Below are positions 33,399-48,783 of a DNA stretch of 64,000 nt, one piece after another. This DNA comes from the human T2T-CHM13v2.0 reference genome, Homo sapiens. The translations under genes and the position numbers were made by a program. Location: assembly GCF_009914755.1 (NCBI RefSeq), contig NC_060927.1. One strand, 5' to 3'. The first letter of the stretch is position 1, and each line of letters opens with the position of its first letter. The notes beneath the pieces are model-generated. The model saw nothing but the letters and a program-made list of their open reading frames with translations. It had not been told where the DNA came from and did not search any database.

Positions 33399-33467
33399 CT
33401 ACGTAGGCAGGAGCCAGGCTGGGAATGGAGTCCAGAAAGAGTCACCAATGCAGCCTGCAGTGGAAAG

Positions 33468-33893
<426 letters not shown>

Positions 33894-34023
33894 TTGTAGT
33901 GGAAAGATTTTAAATGATGAATATGAGCTGAAATATTGACTGACAGCCCTGATTCAGCCAAGTGTGAGCAAATACCAAACCCGGTCCAGAAGTTGGATGC
34001 GAAACCCGAGGGCAACCTACAAT

Positions 34024-34118
34024 CAGGAGTCAGAAGGGGCCAGGATTGGGAGGCAGAAGGGGCCAGGATTGGAAGGCAGAAGGGGCCAGGATTGGGAGGC
34101 AGAAGGGGCCAGGATTGG
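34024..34118. repeat. 23-bp minisatellite, about 4 copies
   Basis: (GGGAGGCAGAAGGGGCCAGGATT)x4. Confidence 0.93.
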
Positions 34119-34497
34119 CATGCACCAAAGATGAGTGGGGAGTGTCGAAACAGCAGAGGAGGCGGTCATCACTCTGATTTGTTCTGGTGCCCTCCTCGGT
34201 GGCTGCCCTAAAGGCATAGCCAGAGCTGACTACCTCACTGGTTACTCACTACATAAAGGAGTGAGGAGAATATGAAGCGTTTTAAAATAGCTTGGACTTA
34301 TCAACCTGTTATAAAAAAACAAGTATTTATGCATATTCTAAGGGCTTCTTTCCTCAAGACTATTTTGAAGATTATGTCATTCAGTTTTGGTAGGTTGCCT
34401 GGGTTCAACATGAATAACATTACCAAATTGCTGCTTGTTCTAGTTCATACCTCCTTCTCCCATATGACTCTAAAGGCTTTCAGAAAAAATAGCACAT

Positions 34498-34842
<345 letters not shown>

Positions 34843-36225
34843 TCATTATTTGGTTACACTGCCTCTCCTATACTTACGTGTCTTCAAGTTCCATACTTTC
34901 TCTAATAATCCTTGACACTACGGCATAGCTACTCAAGTTTACAAGGTTCAATGATAGGAATTGAGCAGAAATATGGATATTTAGTTTTTCTAGAGATGCA
35001 CTGAACGTAAAACTGTGAGGCCACGTTTTCCCTTATGACGGCTCTCGACTTACACTTCTCACCCATCTTCTTAACCTTTCACACTATTTCCTGAAGCCAT
35101 TTCATCTTCCTGCTAAAATGCCAACCTAAAAATAAGTAATCACACTGAAAAGGATCCAGATGGAAACAGAAAAACACGGACACACTCATTCAGGACGTGA
35201 AACATTTTCTATATTTGTCAGTAGACTTAAGTTTGCTTCTCATCTTCATTTCCATCTCATCACAGAGGCGTATTAGAAATCTTTTGACTCATTGAAACCA
35301 AGTTCATTCTATGTGGCTTTTGATTTCAAGTGATACTAGCGGATTTTATCTTTAAATAAATATGATTACTTTCTATTTTTTATTTAGTCAAACCAAGAAT
35401 TCAGATTATTGTGTGTGTTCCTAAGAGGCATACTAGTTGTTCATTTCAACCAACTGGAAAAAGAAGGATACGTTGAGCTCGAGAACTTGGCAGATTCCCT
35501 AATTTCTTTTGCTGTGTGAACGTGGAAGACCTTCTAAGGCAGGTGTTTACCTGCTTGGACACAGACCATCAGGACATGAGAGTCAGAAAACCAGGTGAAT
35601 GCAGCAAATTATAAGCAAAGCCAGAAATACAAAATATCAGACTAATCAGAATCTCTAACGAATTCCTACTTTTTAAAATTCTTTTTAAATTATCTTTGTA
35701 GAAGAACAACACACACATACACTTATACCAGAGGACGTTTAGCAAGTTCCTTGATTTCAAGGAAGCTTCTGATATAAGTCCACATTTGTTTATAATTCTC
35801 ATATCTTCCTTATCTATAGTCCTGTTCAATGGCAACTGGCACTCAGAATAAGAAATTTGAGACACCACAAGATATGAAATTACCAAAGAAAAAAATAATG
35901 TATCCTCATTATCAAGGCAATAAATCCTTCCATACTGTATTAGAATATTTATCAGAATAAAGAGTTGAAACAAAAAATGTTTACTGAATAACTATCTCTT
36001 AGCCAAGAGAGGTCTCCCCTAGGCACCAGGATGAATATTTATGAACTTGTATTGAAGAATTATAAATTTTAGGACCAAGTTAATAATCTGAGTCACTGAG
36101 GTCTATAAATTATCCCCCACAATTGAAAAAAAAATTATTCCCTAAATTGTGGTGCTTTAGAAAATGGCCTAAAAGTGAGACTTTTAGGCCTATTGACCAC
36201 TGTCAATAGGTTTAATTTCACATGA

Positions 36226-36554
<329 letters not shown>

Positions 36555-36625
36555 TGAATTATCAGCCACAATTCGACTATCTTGTGGGCTCCAAAAATGT
36601 TTTTAAATTTTAAAGTACAGGTTCA

Positions 36626-36924
<299 letters not shown>

Positions 36925-37249
36925 AGTACAGGGTACAGGTTCTGCAAAGGCAACCAAATGGTTGTTGTGCACATCCTCCAGAAGATGCACATCCTCCAGA
37001 AGATGTTGAGCCACAAACCACAACCAAGAGTGTGCCCCTTTAAGTATTTTGAAGGTGACGAAAGTACAACCACTCTATTCTCCCTATTCGCATGTCCAGA
37101 TTCCATCATGTGCATCTTACTCAGACACAGCTGGAACCAGAGCTGGATGTGACCTCTCCCTTTTTTCAGCTCTGAGCTGTGCAAGCACTGGCATGTGACT
37201 CCAGCACAGCTGTTCATTCCCTGGTCAGGGTCTGGCCCTTTCTCTAGTG

Positions 37250-37505
37250 ACCTGTATTGTATTCTACTCTGTAATGTAATGATTTATCTACGTATTTTAT
37301 CTCACCTACTAGATTATGAATTTTTGAATGCAAGGACCATGCCTGTTTTATCTTCTTTGAAGTGACACAGATGAAAACTCACTGTAAATTTTGAAATACT
37401 TTCATGGGTCTAACTTTCTATTCTTTGTAAAATTATTTGCATTTATTAGCACCTAACACATTGCGGATGCCCAATAAAGATTTGTTGACTGAGTGAATAA
37501 ATAAA
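37250..37505 (+). mobile_element. L2 3' end
   Basis: ACTAGATTATGAA...GCAAGGACCATGCCTG...CCCAATAAAGATTTGTTGACTGAGTGAAT. Confidence 0.65.
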
Positions 37506-38107
37506 TGTCTCCAATTATTTCCCTCCTATCACCAGAATTCCACATGGTATCTAATAGAGTTCGGCCCAGCAAAGAGAAGGTCAACTCTCTAAAGGACATT
37601 TGTGGGAATAGAGCCCAGCAGGCTGACCTGCCATCCTCAGTTCACTGCCCATCAAGCGCACATACCGCCACCGCCTCTTCCATTTCATACTCTAGTATTT
37701 GGTTGCACCCTGCGGCATCCTGGCAAGCTGTCCAGGAAAGCTTCCTCAGGGAAATGTGGATGTCTGACCCCACACTAAAAAGGTATTTCAGGACTGGCTA
37801 GTGGAGGGGTTGCCACAAACTATCCCCACCATTTGGATGTCCAAAAATTAAGCATTAGCACAACTCTCCTCCCCCAGGTAGCAAGGGGAACAAAAATCAT
37901 GGAAACTGAAGTGAGCATCGAATTAGGAGAATGGAGCAGGACGTTGGTTTTCACCTCGCTATGCCAAATGCACATGAATAAACACAACAGAGAAAGGTGT
38001 TCCGCTTTCAAAATGGACACTTTGCAAGGCTTTCTCAACTGTTTTTTTTTTTTTTTTACCACCTGTAATCTGTCTTTGAACAGGGATGTTACCTTTAAAA
38101 AAAAAAG

Positions 38108-38417
38108 GCAGCCGGAAGTGGTGGCTCACGCCTGTGATCCCAGCACTTTGGGAGGCTGAGGCAGGTGGATCACCTGAGGTCAGGAGTTTGAGATCAGCCT
38201 GGCCAACCTGGTGAAACCCCATCTCTACTAAAAATATAAAAATTACCTGGGCATGGTGGTGGGCGCCTGAAATCCCAGCTACTCGAGAGGCTGAGGCAGG
38301 AGAATTGCTTGAACCCAGGAGGCAGAGGTTACAGCGAGCCAAGATCAGCCATTGCTCTCCAGCCTGGGTGACAGAGCGAGACTCTGGCTCAAAAACAAAC
38401 AAACAAACAAACAAAAA
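38108..38417 (+). mobile_element. AluS element
   Basis: Full dimer with (AAAC)n tail. Confidence 0.95.
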
Positions 38418-39407
38418 GCACAACCTTGTTTCAGTAACATATGTGGAAAAACTCTACATAAATCACTTTCTCATTATGAAATACTTCTCCTGTTTTAAAA
38501 ACCAAAATCAGGAATTTGACTTTAAGAAAGAAAAAAATGAAATTTCGTAATGGCCGCTTTCTGCAGTGAATTAATATCTAGAGGCCCACTGACCACCTGC
38601 TCGCAGCCTGTCCTGCGTTCTTACCCAGTCACAGGTGAACTCAGAAGCACTTGGGTTTATGACATATTTGCAATGCTCCGTTTAGAACATTTACCAACTG
38701 CTGTATCTTTTTCCACAGAGTCTCACTATTTCATTATAAAGACTAGAAGAACAGCCCCTTGTTCTCAGGCAAGAAAACACAGAAGCTTCATTTGTTGATT
38801 ATTTTTAACTACTACACATTTTCTGTGCTTTACAGCTTCTTCAGTGATTGTTTAATTGTGAACATATCGGCATGTGATTTGAGGTCAGCTGTTTGTTCCC
38901 TGGGTGGTACAGCCAATCCATAATCTTGATAGGGAGAAATCTCACTAAAGTGCAAGCTGTAAGTTCTAGGCTGCCAACGAATACTCTTCCTCTCTTCAAA
39001 TCTTCTGTCTATCATGAAAAAAATTCTCAAACTGTTTACCTTTCCCTGAATATTACTGAGAATATATTTTTAAAGGCATGATTCTCTTCTTCATTGCCTC
39101 ATTTGCTATCACTCTTCCTCATTGCTCTCCTGCATTACTTTTCTTCATTACTTTGAAAAAGGCAGACAGGCAAACAAAAGAAAATGGTCTCTAATGCTAC
39201 CACCCAAAGATAATCACAATTAATATTTTGGTGCAGAGTCTTCCAGGCTGTTTGAGAGAGGTTTCGGTTTGTTTGTTTGTTTTTGCTTTATTGGTTTTTT
39301 TTTTGTAATAAACACCAAAAGAAACTGAAAATAAATTTTGCCAGAGTTTTAAAGTGATGCCGTCTTCTAAAAAAATTTTTTTGCTAAGCTAAAACCACAT
39401 AAAATAA

Positions 39408-39752
<345 letters not shown>

Positions 39753-39881
39753 GAAAATGGGCATTTTCAAGAAAAATATGTGGACTTCTGCCGTTTCAAA
39801 GTCTGTTACAAGAATGCTTTGACCGATTCCACTTGTCTCATTTCTGTACCTCCCAGATCATCCTCCACCCAACTCCAGCTC

Positions 39882-40195
<314 letters not shown>

Positions 40196-40429
40196 CTTCC
40201 AACTCTTCTCAAACCCTCACTCCAGGATCCCTTGTCTGCTTGTCTTGCTTACAATTTTGCTTCTGAGGGAAGAGAATAGAGTCAAAGGGATGAGATTGGA
40301 AGCAAATACACCCAAATATTAATAGGGGTCAACTCTGGTCAATTGAAACACAGGTGTTGGTTGTATTAGTTTCTGTATTCTTACAGATATTTTTAAAGTT
40401 CTAGATATTAACAAAACAAAGCTAATAAA

Positions 40430-41945
40430 AGATATGGTCTCTGTGTTCCAGGAGCTCAGGGTCTGGTCATGTGTAATCAATTACAGTAAATTCAAGACTT
40501 GCAAACAGATCTGTCCTCTAGAGGGCTTTCTAATGAGGTTAGTACAAGGTGCTAGACTCTAGCAGCTATAGGAACACAGAGCATGGAGTATACTCCCCCT
40601 CCACGTTTCCTTGGAGAATGTAGAGAGGCTTCTGCGAAGAGGCAAAGCCTGACTTGAGGCTTGGAGGATGAGTAGTTTTCCATGGTTTCCAGTGCAGGTA
40701 GGAGTGTGCTGCAGAAAGCCCTGATACATGTAAATCAGACTCGGAGACCAAATCATATGCTTGGGGAAGAGAGACTATTTTCGGTATGGCTGGGGTTGTT
40801 CTGTGTCAGCAGATAAACTTGGAGAAGTGGTGAAGAGTCCCATGGGTCAAGCTGCCCAATGATTGATGAGAAACCAATGAAATAAGGGAAGGCTATAATA
40901 TGACTTTTGTGTTAGCAACATCCTTCAGGGGATGTTGTGGAATATAGAGGAGGAATGGAGGCAGAGAGACCACTTAGGAGGCTGCCGCCACGGTCGAGGT
41001 GAGAGATGATGATGGTCTGTAAGAGGGCAGTGGCAGAGAGCAAACGGGGACAGATGAAAAATCTTTAGAAGATAGAATCTAACCTGCAAGGAGACAAATT
41101 AGATGTGGGGGTTGCGGGAAGGAAGAGGACAAAATCAAGAGCCACTGCTGGGTTTCTGACTTGAGTATTGGGTTGGATGGTGGGGTAAATTCACTGGGAT
41201 TGGGAAGAGTAGAAATGGAGAGGGAACAAATGAGTAAAATTTGCAACATGCGGCTGGGCGCGGTGGCTCACGCCTGCAATCCCAGCACTTTGGGAAGGCG
41301 AGGCGGGCAGATCACGAGATTAGGAGTTCGAGACCGGCCTGACCAACATGGTGAAATCCTGTCTTTACCAAAAATACAAAAAAATTAGCTGGGTGTGGTG
41401 GCGCATGCCTGTAACCCCAGCTACTCAGGAGGCTGAGGCAGGAGAATTGTTTGAACTCGGGAGGCAGAAGTTGCAGTGAGCCGAGATCATGCCACTGCAC
41501 CCCAAAAATAAATACATAAATAAATAAAAAATCTGCAACATGCTGATCTTGGGAAACCTGTGGTACATCTTGCTTGGAGTTGCCCAAGAGACCATGAAGC
41601 ATAGAGATTGGAGTGAGCTCAAGAAAGTATTCTCTCTAAGCTAGAGGAAGACTCATCAAGCAGATGCCACCTTGGCTGAGGTCATTGAAGACGAGGTGTT
41701 GAAGATGTCCTGGGAAGACTGAGGGAGGGAGAAGAACAGAGGCTGGAGCTCTAATGGAGCTCAACATTTAAGGATCATGGAGGGGAAGGGGAGGCTGTGA
41801 AAGAGACTGAGTGGGTGGTCCAAGGGGAGGGAGGATGATCAGGAGAGAGCCACGTCAGTCAATGTTACATCTGCTTAAGAAGAAGATCATTTTAAGAAGG
41901 AAGGAACAGTCACCAGGTTAGAGCAAGCAGATAAGTCTAGTAAGA
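40430..41945 (-). mobile_element. L2 LINE fragments with inserted Alu (41251-41530, plus strand)
   Basis: Purine-rich antisense-L2 motifs (GGAGGCAGAGAGACCACTTAGGAGGCTG, GAGAGATGATGATGG, CAACATTTAAGG); Alu TSD TGCAACATGC. Confidence 0.7.
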
Positions 41946-41947
41946 CA

Positions 41948-42388
41948 CAGCGTTGCTAGATAAAATACAGCATGTCCAGTTAAATTTGCATTCAGATAGA
42001 AATGAATACTTTAAAAATATTGTTTAATTAACACATTTTTTATTTTAATTTTTGTGGGTACCTAGTAGGTGTATATCTTAATGGGGTACATGAGATGTTT
42101 TGACACAGGCCTGCACTGTGAAATGATCACATCATGGAGAATGGGGTATCCATTCCCGCAAGCGTTTATCCTTTGTGTTACAAACAATCCAGTTACGCTC
42201 TTTTAGTTATTTAAAAATGTACAATAGAGCTATTATGCCTACGGTCACCTCGCTGTGCTATCAAATAGTAGGTCTTATTCATTCTTTCTATTTTTTGTAC
42301 CCGTTAACCATCCCCACCTTCCCCAAAATGAATACTTTTTAAGTATAAGTATGTATATTACTTTGACTTGCTAAGTATGGGAACCCTA
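41948..42388 (+). mobile_element. MER53-like hAT MITE interrupted by an L1MA 3' fragment (~42030-42325, minus)
   Basis: CAGCGTTGCTAGATAAAATACAG...CCAGTTAAATTTG and GCTAAGTATGGGAACCCT termini; L1 TSD AAATGAATACTTT. Confidence 0.72.
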
Positions 42389-42555
42389 GTAAGAGAAAGA
42401 CTAAAATCTGCAAGTAGATATGGTAGTTAAAGCTAAGTCAGAGGACTGCAGGGAGCAGATGCAGGCGGGGACTGGGAGGTGATACATGTCAATCAATCTT
42501 CCTGGAAACCAGGATTTGAAGCAAAGGGGTAGGGGACAGGCTTAAGACACGAAGA

Positions 42556-42770
42556 ATTTTCTTTCTTTCTTCTTCTTTATTTTTTTTTTTATATACTTTA
42601 AGTTCCAGAATACATGTGCAGAACATGCAGGTTTGTTACACAGGTATACATGTGCCATGGTGGTTTGCTGCACCCATCAACTCGTCATCTACATTGGGTA
42701 TTTCTCCTAATGCTATCCCTCCCCTTGCCCCCGACACCCCGACAGGTCCCATTGTGTGATGTTCCCCTCT
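42556..42770 (-). mobile_element. L1PA 3'-end fragment
   Basis: ATACTTTAAGTTCCAGAATACATGTGCAGAACATGCAGG; TSD TAAGACACGAAGAATTTTCTT/TAAGACAGGGAGAATTTTCTT. Confidence 0.92.
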
Positions 42771-43200
42771 AAGACAGGGAGAATTTTCTTAAGGGGAGCA
42801 GACATTTCATATTGTCATTTTCTCCCCTCCCCGCCACCACCAGCAGCCAGGAACCACGTGAGGTTTAAGACCATGTCTTAGTTATTTTTGTAATCAAAGC
42901 TCTGACCTGACCAGGGCCTTCCTTTTGTGCATCAGGAACTCAATGCATGTTTACTAAATTAAATCCTTAGACTAGATTTCTCCAAGCCAATTGTAAATAA
43001 CTGAGGTAATCAAGGAGGTGCATTACTTTTGTGTCTACCTGAAATTTATGACCCAACATATTTTGGGCACATGTAGTTTACATTGATGAGAATGATCTGT
43101 GGAATTGCGTCTGCTCTCTACGTCTACTTACCGATGAAGGCAGAGTCTTTAATCCTAGAGGCCAGTGTCCCTTCTTCCACCTACCAGTGTATAGTAGAAG

Positions 43201-43224
43201 CAGCAGCAGCAGCAGCAGCAGCAG
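43201..43224. repeat. (CAG)8
   Basis: Pure trinucleotide run. Confidence 0.95.
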
Positions 43225-44053
43225 GAGCTAAGAATCTCTTAATTGCTTTGTGCTTGTCAAGATTATGCAACTTTCCAGGTGAGTAAAACAGATCCCAAAG
43301 GTCCGGCTGAGGGGGGAGAAAGAAAACCACCCTTGCACTAAACCGGCAGAGTAAGTCGTTCAAGAGGGTGTTTGGGGCCTGTGGGAAACTTCAGCAGCCT
43401 TCAGCCTGATCTGACATTTGCTGCTCCGCTTGGCTTACAAACTGCCTTTCTTCCCCTATGCAGCTAAGTGAAGTCTACTCACCCCAACGGAGGAATAAAC
43501 CAACCGCAAAACAAACCTATTAAGAGGCTGCTCAAGCCTGCCTTAAGTGATCCAAAGCAGGGAACAAAGGCATGTGTGCTTTGAAAGAAAGATCTTCTGC
43601 ATTTCTGCTCTGAAAACATTCTCAGGTCAACGTTGGAGATACCTGTGGGCTCTGCTTGCAGGGAGGGAGGAAGTAGGAGCTGGTGCTGAAGTGAAGGCTC
43701 AAGGACTCCTGTTCAGGCTGTTAGAGAATGCGGACCCCTGCATCCTATACTTTGATTTGCTAAGTATGGAAACCCCAGTAAGATAAAGACTAGGGTCTTT
43801 CTTCTTTCTTCCACCGTTAGACCCTGCCCCTGAAGCAGACCCTAGAGAAGATTAGAAGTCGATTCACCGGGGAGGCGACCCATAGCAGGGACCCGGTAGA
43901 CCCTGGAGTGGGCAGGGTCTGTTGGTGAAAGAGGAAGGAGAAAAACGGTTAATTGGAAAAGCTTGGATTTTGAGGTTGGTTTAGACCTGTGTTCAAATCT
44001 CAGATCCACCTACTCTAGTTCTGTAGTATTGGGGTGTCTAAAATGGTGCTTAA

Positions 44054-44442
<389 letters not shown>

Positions 44443-45549
44443 CCCAGGACACCTTCCTTATATATTTTCCTTGCATCCATTTTGCCACTATGGCTCTAGG
44501 AAAGGGAAAATGATGAATGGCATCTCGGGAAAGAGGAGAATGTGGTATAGGAAGCAGATCTGTAAACAGCAGAGGGGACAGGAACCCTTTCAACATCAAG
44601 GTGGCATGGAGAAGGGGTTTGTGGGGAGTGGGAGGCAAGAGGGAAGGGAAGGAGGAGGGCAAGTGGCCAGACACTTGTGGCCTGGCTCACTGGCCGGGCC
44701 GAACCCACAGGGAGAAGATTAGAAGTGAGTTCAGCAGGGGGAATTTCCAAGAGTGGTTTGTATCCCCTCCTGCTAAAGAAATCCTGGGAGGAGACTGCCC
44801 TGCGGACGGCCTCACAGTGACCTGGGTGGCCTCGCGGAGAGACAGCTGGCCTGAGGAAGGACTACGCCTCGCCTCTGTGCTCCCCAGCCTGATCTGGAAG
44901 CCTCTGAGGGCCCACTGGGGAAAGCAGAAGGTCACTGAGAGGTCAGCTGAGGGCAGCAGTCCTCTATGGCAAGGGGGAGGTGACCCACAGCAGATGCTGT
45001 GACGATTGTCCACACCACAAGACACAGGTGGAGGCCCAGGTTGGCTGTACTGGGAAAAGCTGGGGCGGCACAGAACCAGCAGCAAGAAGAAGGGGAGAGG
45101 GGTGAACACCAGGCCTCAGATGAGCCCAGGGCCAAGAGAACAGACATGTCCTCTGGCACGGACTTTAGCTGCAGGTGTGAACTGGGCCCTGGGAGCAGGC
45201 ACACGAGGGACTTCTCCTCCTAAGGTGGCGAGAACTCAGGGGATGGGACAAGGACTAGCCTTCCTGCAGGGAGGAGGGAAAGAGGAAAGCTCAGAGAAGG
45301 ACAAACAGGCCTGGAAGGAAGTTTGAGCCTTGAATTATTGGAACACAGTACTGTTCAAAAGAAATAGACAACGGAAAAAACAAAGACAGAAACAGAAATT
45401 CTTTTTACCTCCCTTCCCCGGCAAAAAACATGAGATCTTTGACTTGACAAGTTTTTGTTTGTTTCCTGCTCTTCAGTGGGATTTGGGATTCTAGAGGACA
45501 AAATGATCAGTTACAGAAAACGAAGTACCCACCAATTATCCACATCTGA

Positions 45550-45720
45550 TAGGCTGGGTATAAACTGACAGCCCTCACTCCATGAACTTTGTAAACTTGG
45601 GTTACCTACTTAATTTCTTCTAGCCTCAGCTTCTTCATCTACAAAATGAGAATCAGACTGCTTCATACGGGTTGTTGTGAGTATTACATGAAATGACACA
45701 TGCCCAGCTCTCTGGGGAAA
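45550..45720 (+). mobile_element. MIR SINE
   Basis: GCCTCAGCTTCTTCATCTACAAAATGAG...GGGTTGTTGTGAGTATTA. Confidence 0.72.
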
Positions 45721-46544
45721 GTGCCCATGTAGCTGGACCCATTAATGGTTGCATAACATCGTTACTTAGCTTCCACGAGCTTCATTTTCTTCCTCTGTAA
45801 CTAGGAACTGCGATATCTATCTCACACAGCAGGTATGCAGACAGTGTAACTTCTCTTTCCCTTCTACTCCCTGTCTGAAGAGTACAGTTTCTCTTTCTCA
45901 GCATCTCCAAATATATTAATCTCCCTTCATGTATTCACTCAATAGTATTTGCTGGGTTTCTGCTCTGTTCAGAGTTTTCTCCTGAGGGTTTCCAGGATGA
46001 TGCATACGCAATGTTGATCCTTCTCAAAGAGCTTCCTAGTCAGCTGGTGGAGGGATAGGGGCTGGTATTCTTACTTCTTTATTATAGAAGGGAAAAATGA
46101 TGAGACACACAGCAAAACCTCTGCGTTCACTTAGAAGAGGCAGCGTTTACTTCCAGTTAGAAGTGAGGGAGTGCTTCCCACATAACATGGCATTTGAACA
46201 GGGCCTTGCTGCCAGTATTGAGGGCAATGGGGAGACAGAAATAGATGAACTGGACCTTGAAAAATGAGAAATACTTGGCCATGTGGAGATTGGGGAGGGC
46301 AGTCTAGGCAAAGAATTGCACACACAATGGCACAGTGTAGGGTGTGATTTGAGAATGGGTGGGTGGTTCTCTGATCTGTGACTAGATCAGAGAAGGTAAG
46401 AGGTTAGGGGATAATAGTAACCTGAAGAGTTAGGTACAGGCCTGATATGATGGGTTCATGATGCTACCAAGCTAACAGTCATCGACTTGTCACGTTTCTA
46501 ATATTATTTTGTGAAAGGAAGGAGAAGGGAGGAGGAGCTAGAAT

Positions 46545-46750
46545 TTATTGAGCCCCAGATACATGCGAGCCCCTGCACTGAGACTACTGCTCTTTAGATA
46601 GTATGTCTACACCTCATGATCATGCTGGGAAGTAGATATTTACAGAGGGGGAAACTGAGGTTCAGAGAGGTTAAGTAACTCACTCAAGCTCACACAGCTA
46701 GAAAGTAGTCCATCCAGAATCAAATCTGGGTTTGTCTGATCCAAAGCCAG
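46545..46750 (-). mobile_element. MIR SINE
   Basis: TTTACAGAGGGGGAAACTGAGGTTCAGAGAGGTTAAGTAACT. Confidence 0.8.
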
Positions 46751-47556
46751 TGCTTCGAGGGCCTCCGTACTTACCTACTCCACCTGCTGCCTCATGGAAA
46801 CACCCCTCTTTCCAGCTCCTGTGTTTATGGAAGTTATGTGTCATGTTCTGTTACCGATCAATTAGCAGGAAGGGTGGCCTTACCCAATCCGAGGAATTGA
46901 GGCTCAGTGGGGTGTTCTTTTTGGTTCTAGAATTCAAGATCATGGAAAACTGCCAGAAGGAAATGGGTCTTCTCCTCTCCCAAATGGTCCCATAACTAGT
47001 CTGGCCACCTTGAGCCATCCAAGAGGAGAATGTGGTCAGGGACCGTGACTCAGCTTAAGAAGGTAATGGGAGCTTACATGCGGAAAACCCCAAGATGCTT
47101 TCATCTGCTGTGTATTTATGCTCCATTAAGCCCCAGGGGATTATATTTTGAGGTGCCTCTTAAGTCAGGATATAGGATGGACTAATGTTTATTATTTGTG
47201 ATAGGGTGCCTAAGGGAGAAGGCTCAGAAATGCCTGTCTCCTTAGCTGGAAGTGACAAAATGAGAACCGAGACATTTTGGTTTTTGCACCACAAAGCCTT
47301 TCTCTGGGGAATGAGACAAGATCGGAGCACATGAGCTTTGGAGAAGTGATGGATCCTTTCCTGAAACTGAGGCTCAGAGAGACATGCTGTCTTATCCAAG
47401 CTCATCAGATGGAAACAGGCAGAGTCAACATGGGAACCCAAGTATTATGGCTCCTGGCTTTCTTACTGAGCCGCACAAAGCAGAATACACTTACCTAACG
47501 GGAGCACTAAAAACTACTCTCTTAATGGGCTACAATTGGTTTTACTAGAAGCATCG

Positions 47557-47857
47557 ATTTTTTTTTTTTTTTTTTTTTTGAGATGGAGTCTCGCTCTGTC
47601 GCCCAGGCTGGAGTGCAGTGGCGCGATCTTGGCTCATGCAACCTCTGCCTCCCGGGTTCAAACGACTCTTCTGCCTCAGCCTCCCCAGTAGCTGGGATTA
47701 TAGGCACCCACCACCATGCCCGGCTAATTTTTGTATTTTTAGTAGAGACGGGGTTTCACCATACTGGTCAGGCTGGTCTCAAACTCCTGACCTTGTGATC
47801 TGCCTGCCTCAGCCTGCCAAAGTGCTGGCATTACAGGTGTGAGCCACCGCGCCCGGC
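47557..47857 (-). mobile_element. AluS element
   Basis: Full dimer. Confidence 0.95.
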
Positions 47858-48189
47858 AGAAACAATAGTAATATCTAGTCCAATTACCTCATTTATAGAT
47901 GAGAACACTTAGGCTCAGAATAGGAAACTGACTTGCTTAAGGTCACAATAATTTTAGCAGTAGAGGCTGGTGTAGGTCACAGATCAGCTGCCTGTGGTCA
48001 GCACTGACAGCTCTTTCCACGAATGTTTAATATTAAGTTCCACTGACTGTGACATATATCTCTATCTCTGTCTACAGCTACATTTATATCTATATCTACA
48101 CACATGTTCTACCGACTATGACCACACCACCATGGCCCATGCCCATACACCCACGTGTGAACCAAGAGGTAATCAGCCACTTCCTTACC

Positions 48190-48563
<374 letters not shown>

Positions 48564-48690
48564 TAAACTGGCATATCTTTCCAGTTTTATAAAGGGGATA
48601 AAAATGTCTCTTAATTTTAAAGCATTTAAAAGCAACCAGTGAAAGAAAATCCCCAGATATTTGCTACCTTTTTTTCTTTCTCTTTTTCAC

Positions 48691-48783
48691 ATCAGGCAGG
48701 TAATGTGCCGATGACGACGTCTACAAGGTTTGAGGGAGGCACCTCTCAAAACCGAATCATCATGCTTGCAAACTACAAAAGAC
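48691..48783 (-). pseudogene. U13 (SNORD13) C/D snoRNA retrocopy, degenerate
   Basis: Minus strand CTTTTGTAGTT..GCATGATGATT.GGT...GTGCCTCCCTCAAACCTTGT..GGCACATTACCTGCCTGA is colinear with U13 as recalled; box C TGATGA, box D CTGA; A-rich tail at 48669-48688. Confidence 0.85.

Noticed and set aside
36968-37005. 18-bp tandem duplication TGCACATCCTCCAGAAGA (similar ones near 57055 and 60437)
   Set aside because: Ordinary slippage micro-duplications with no sign of function
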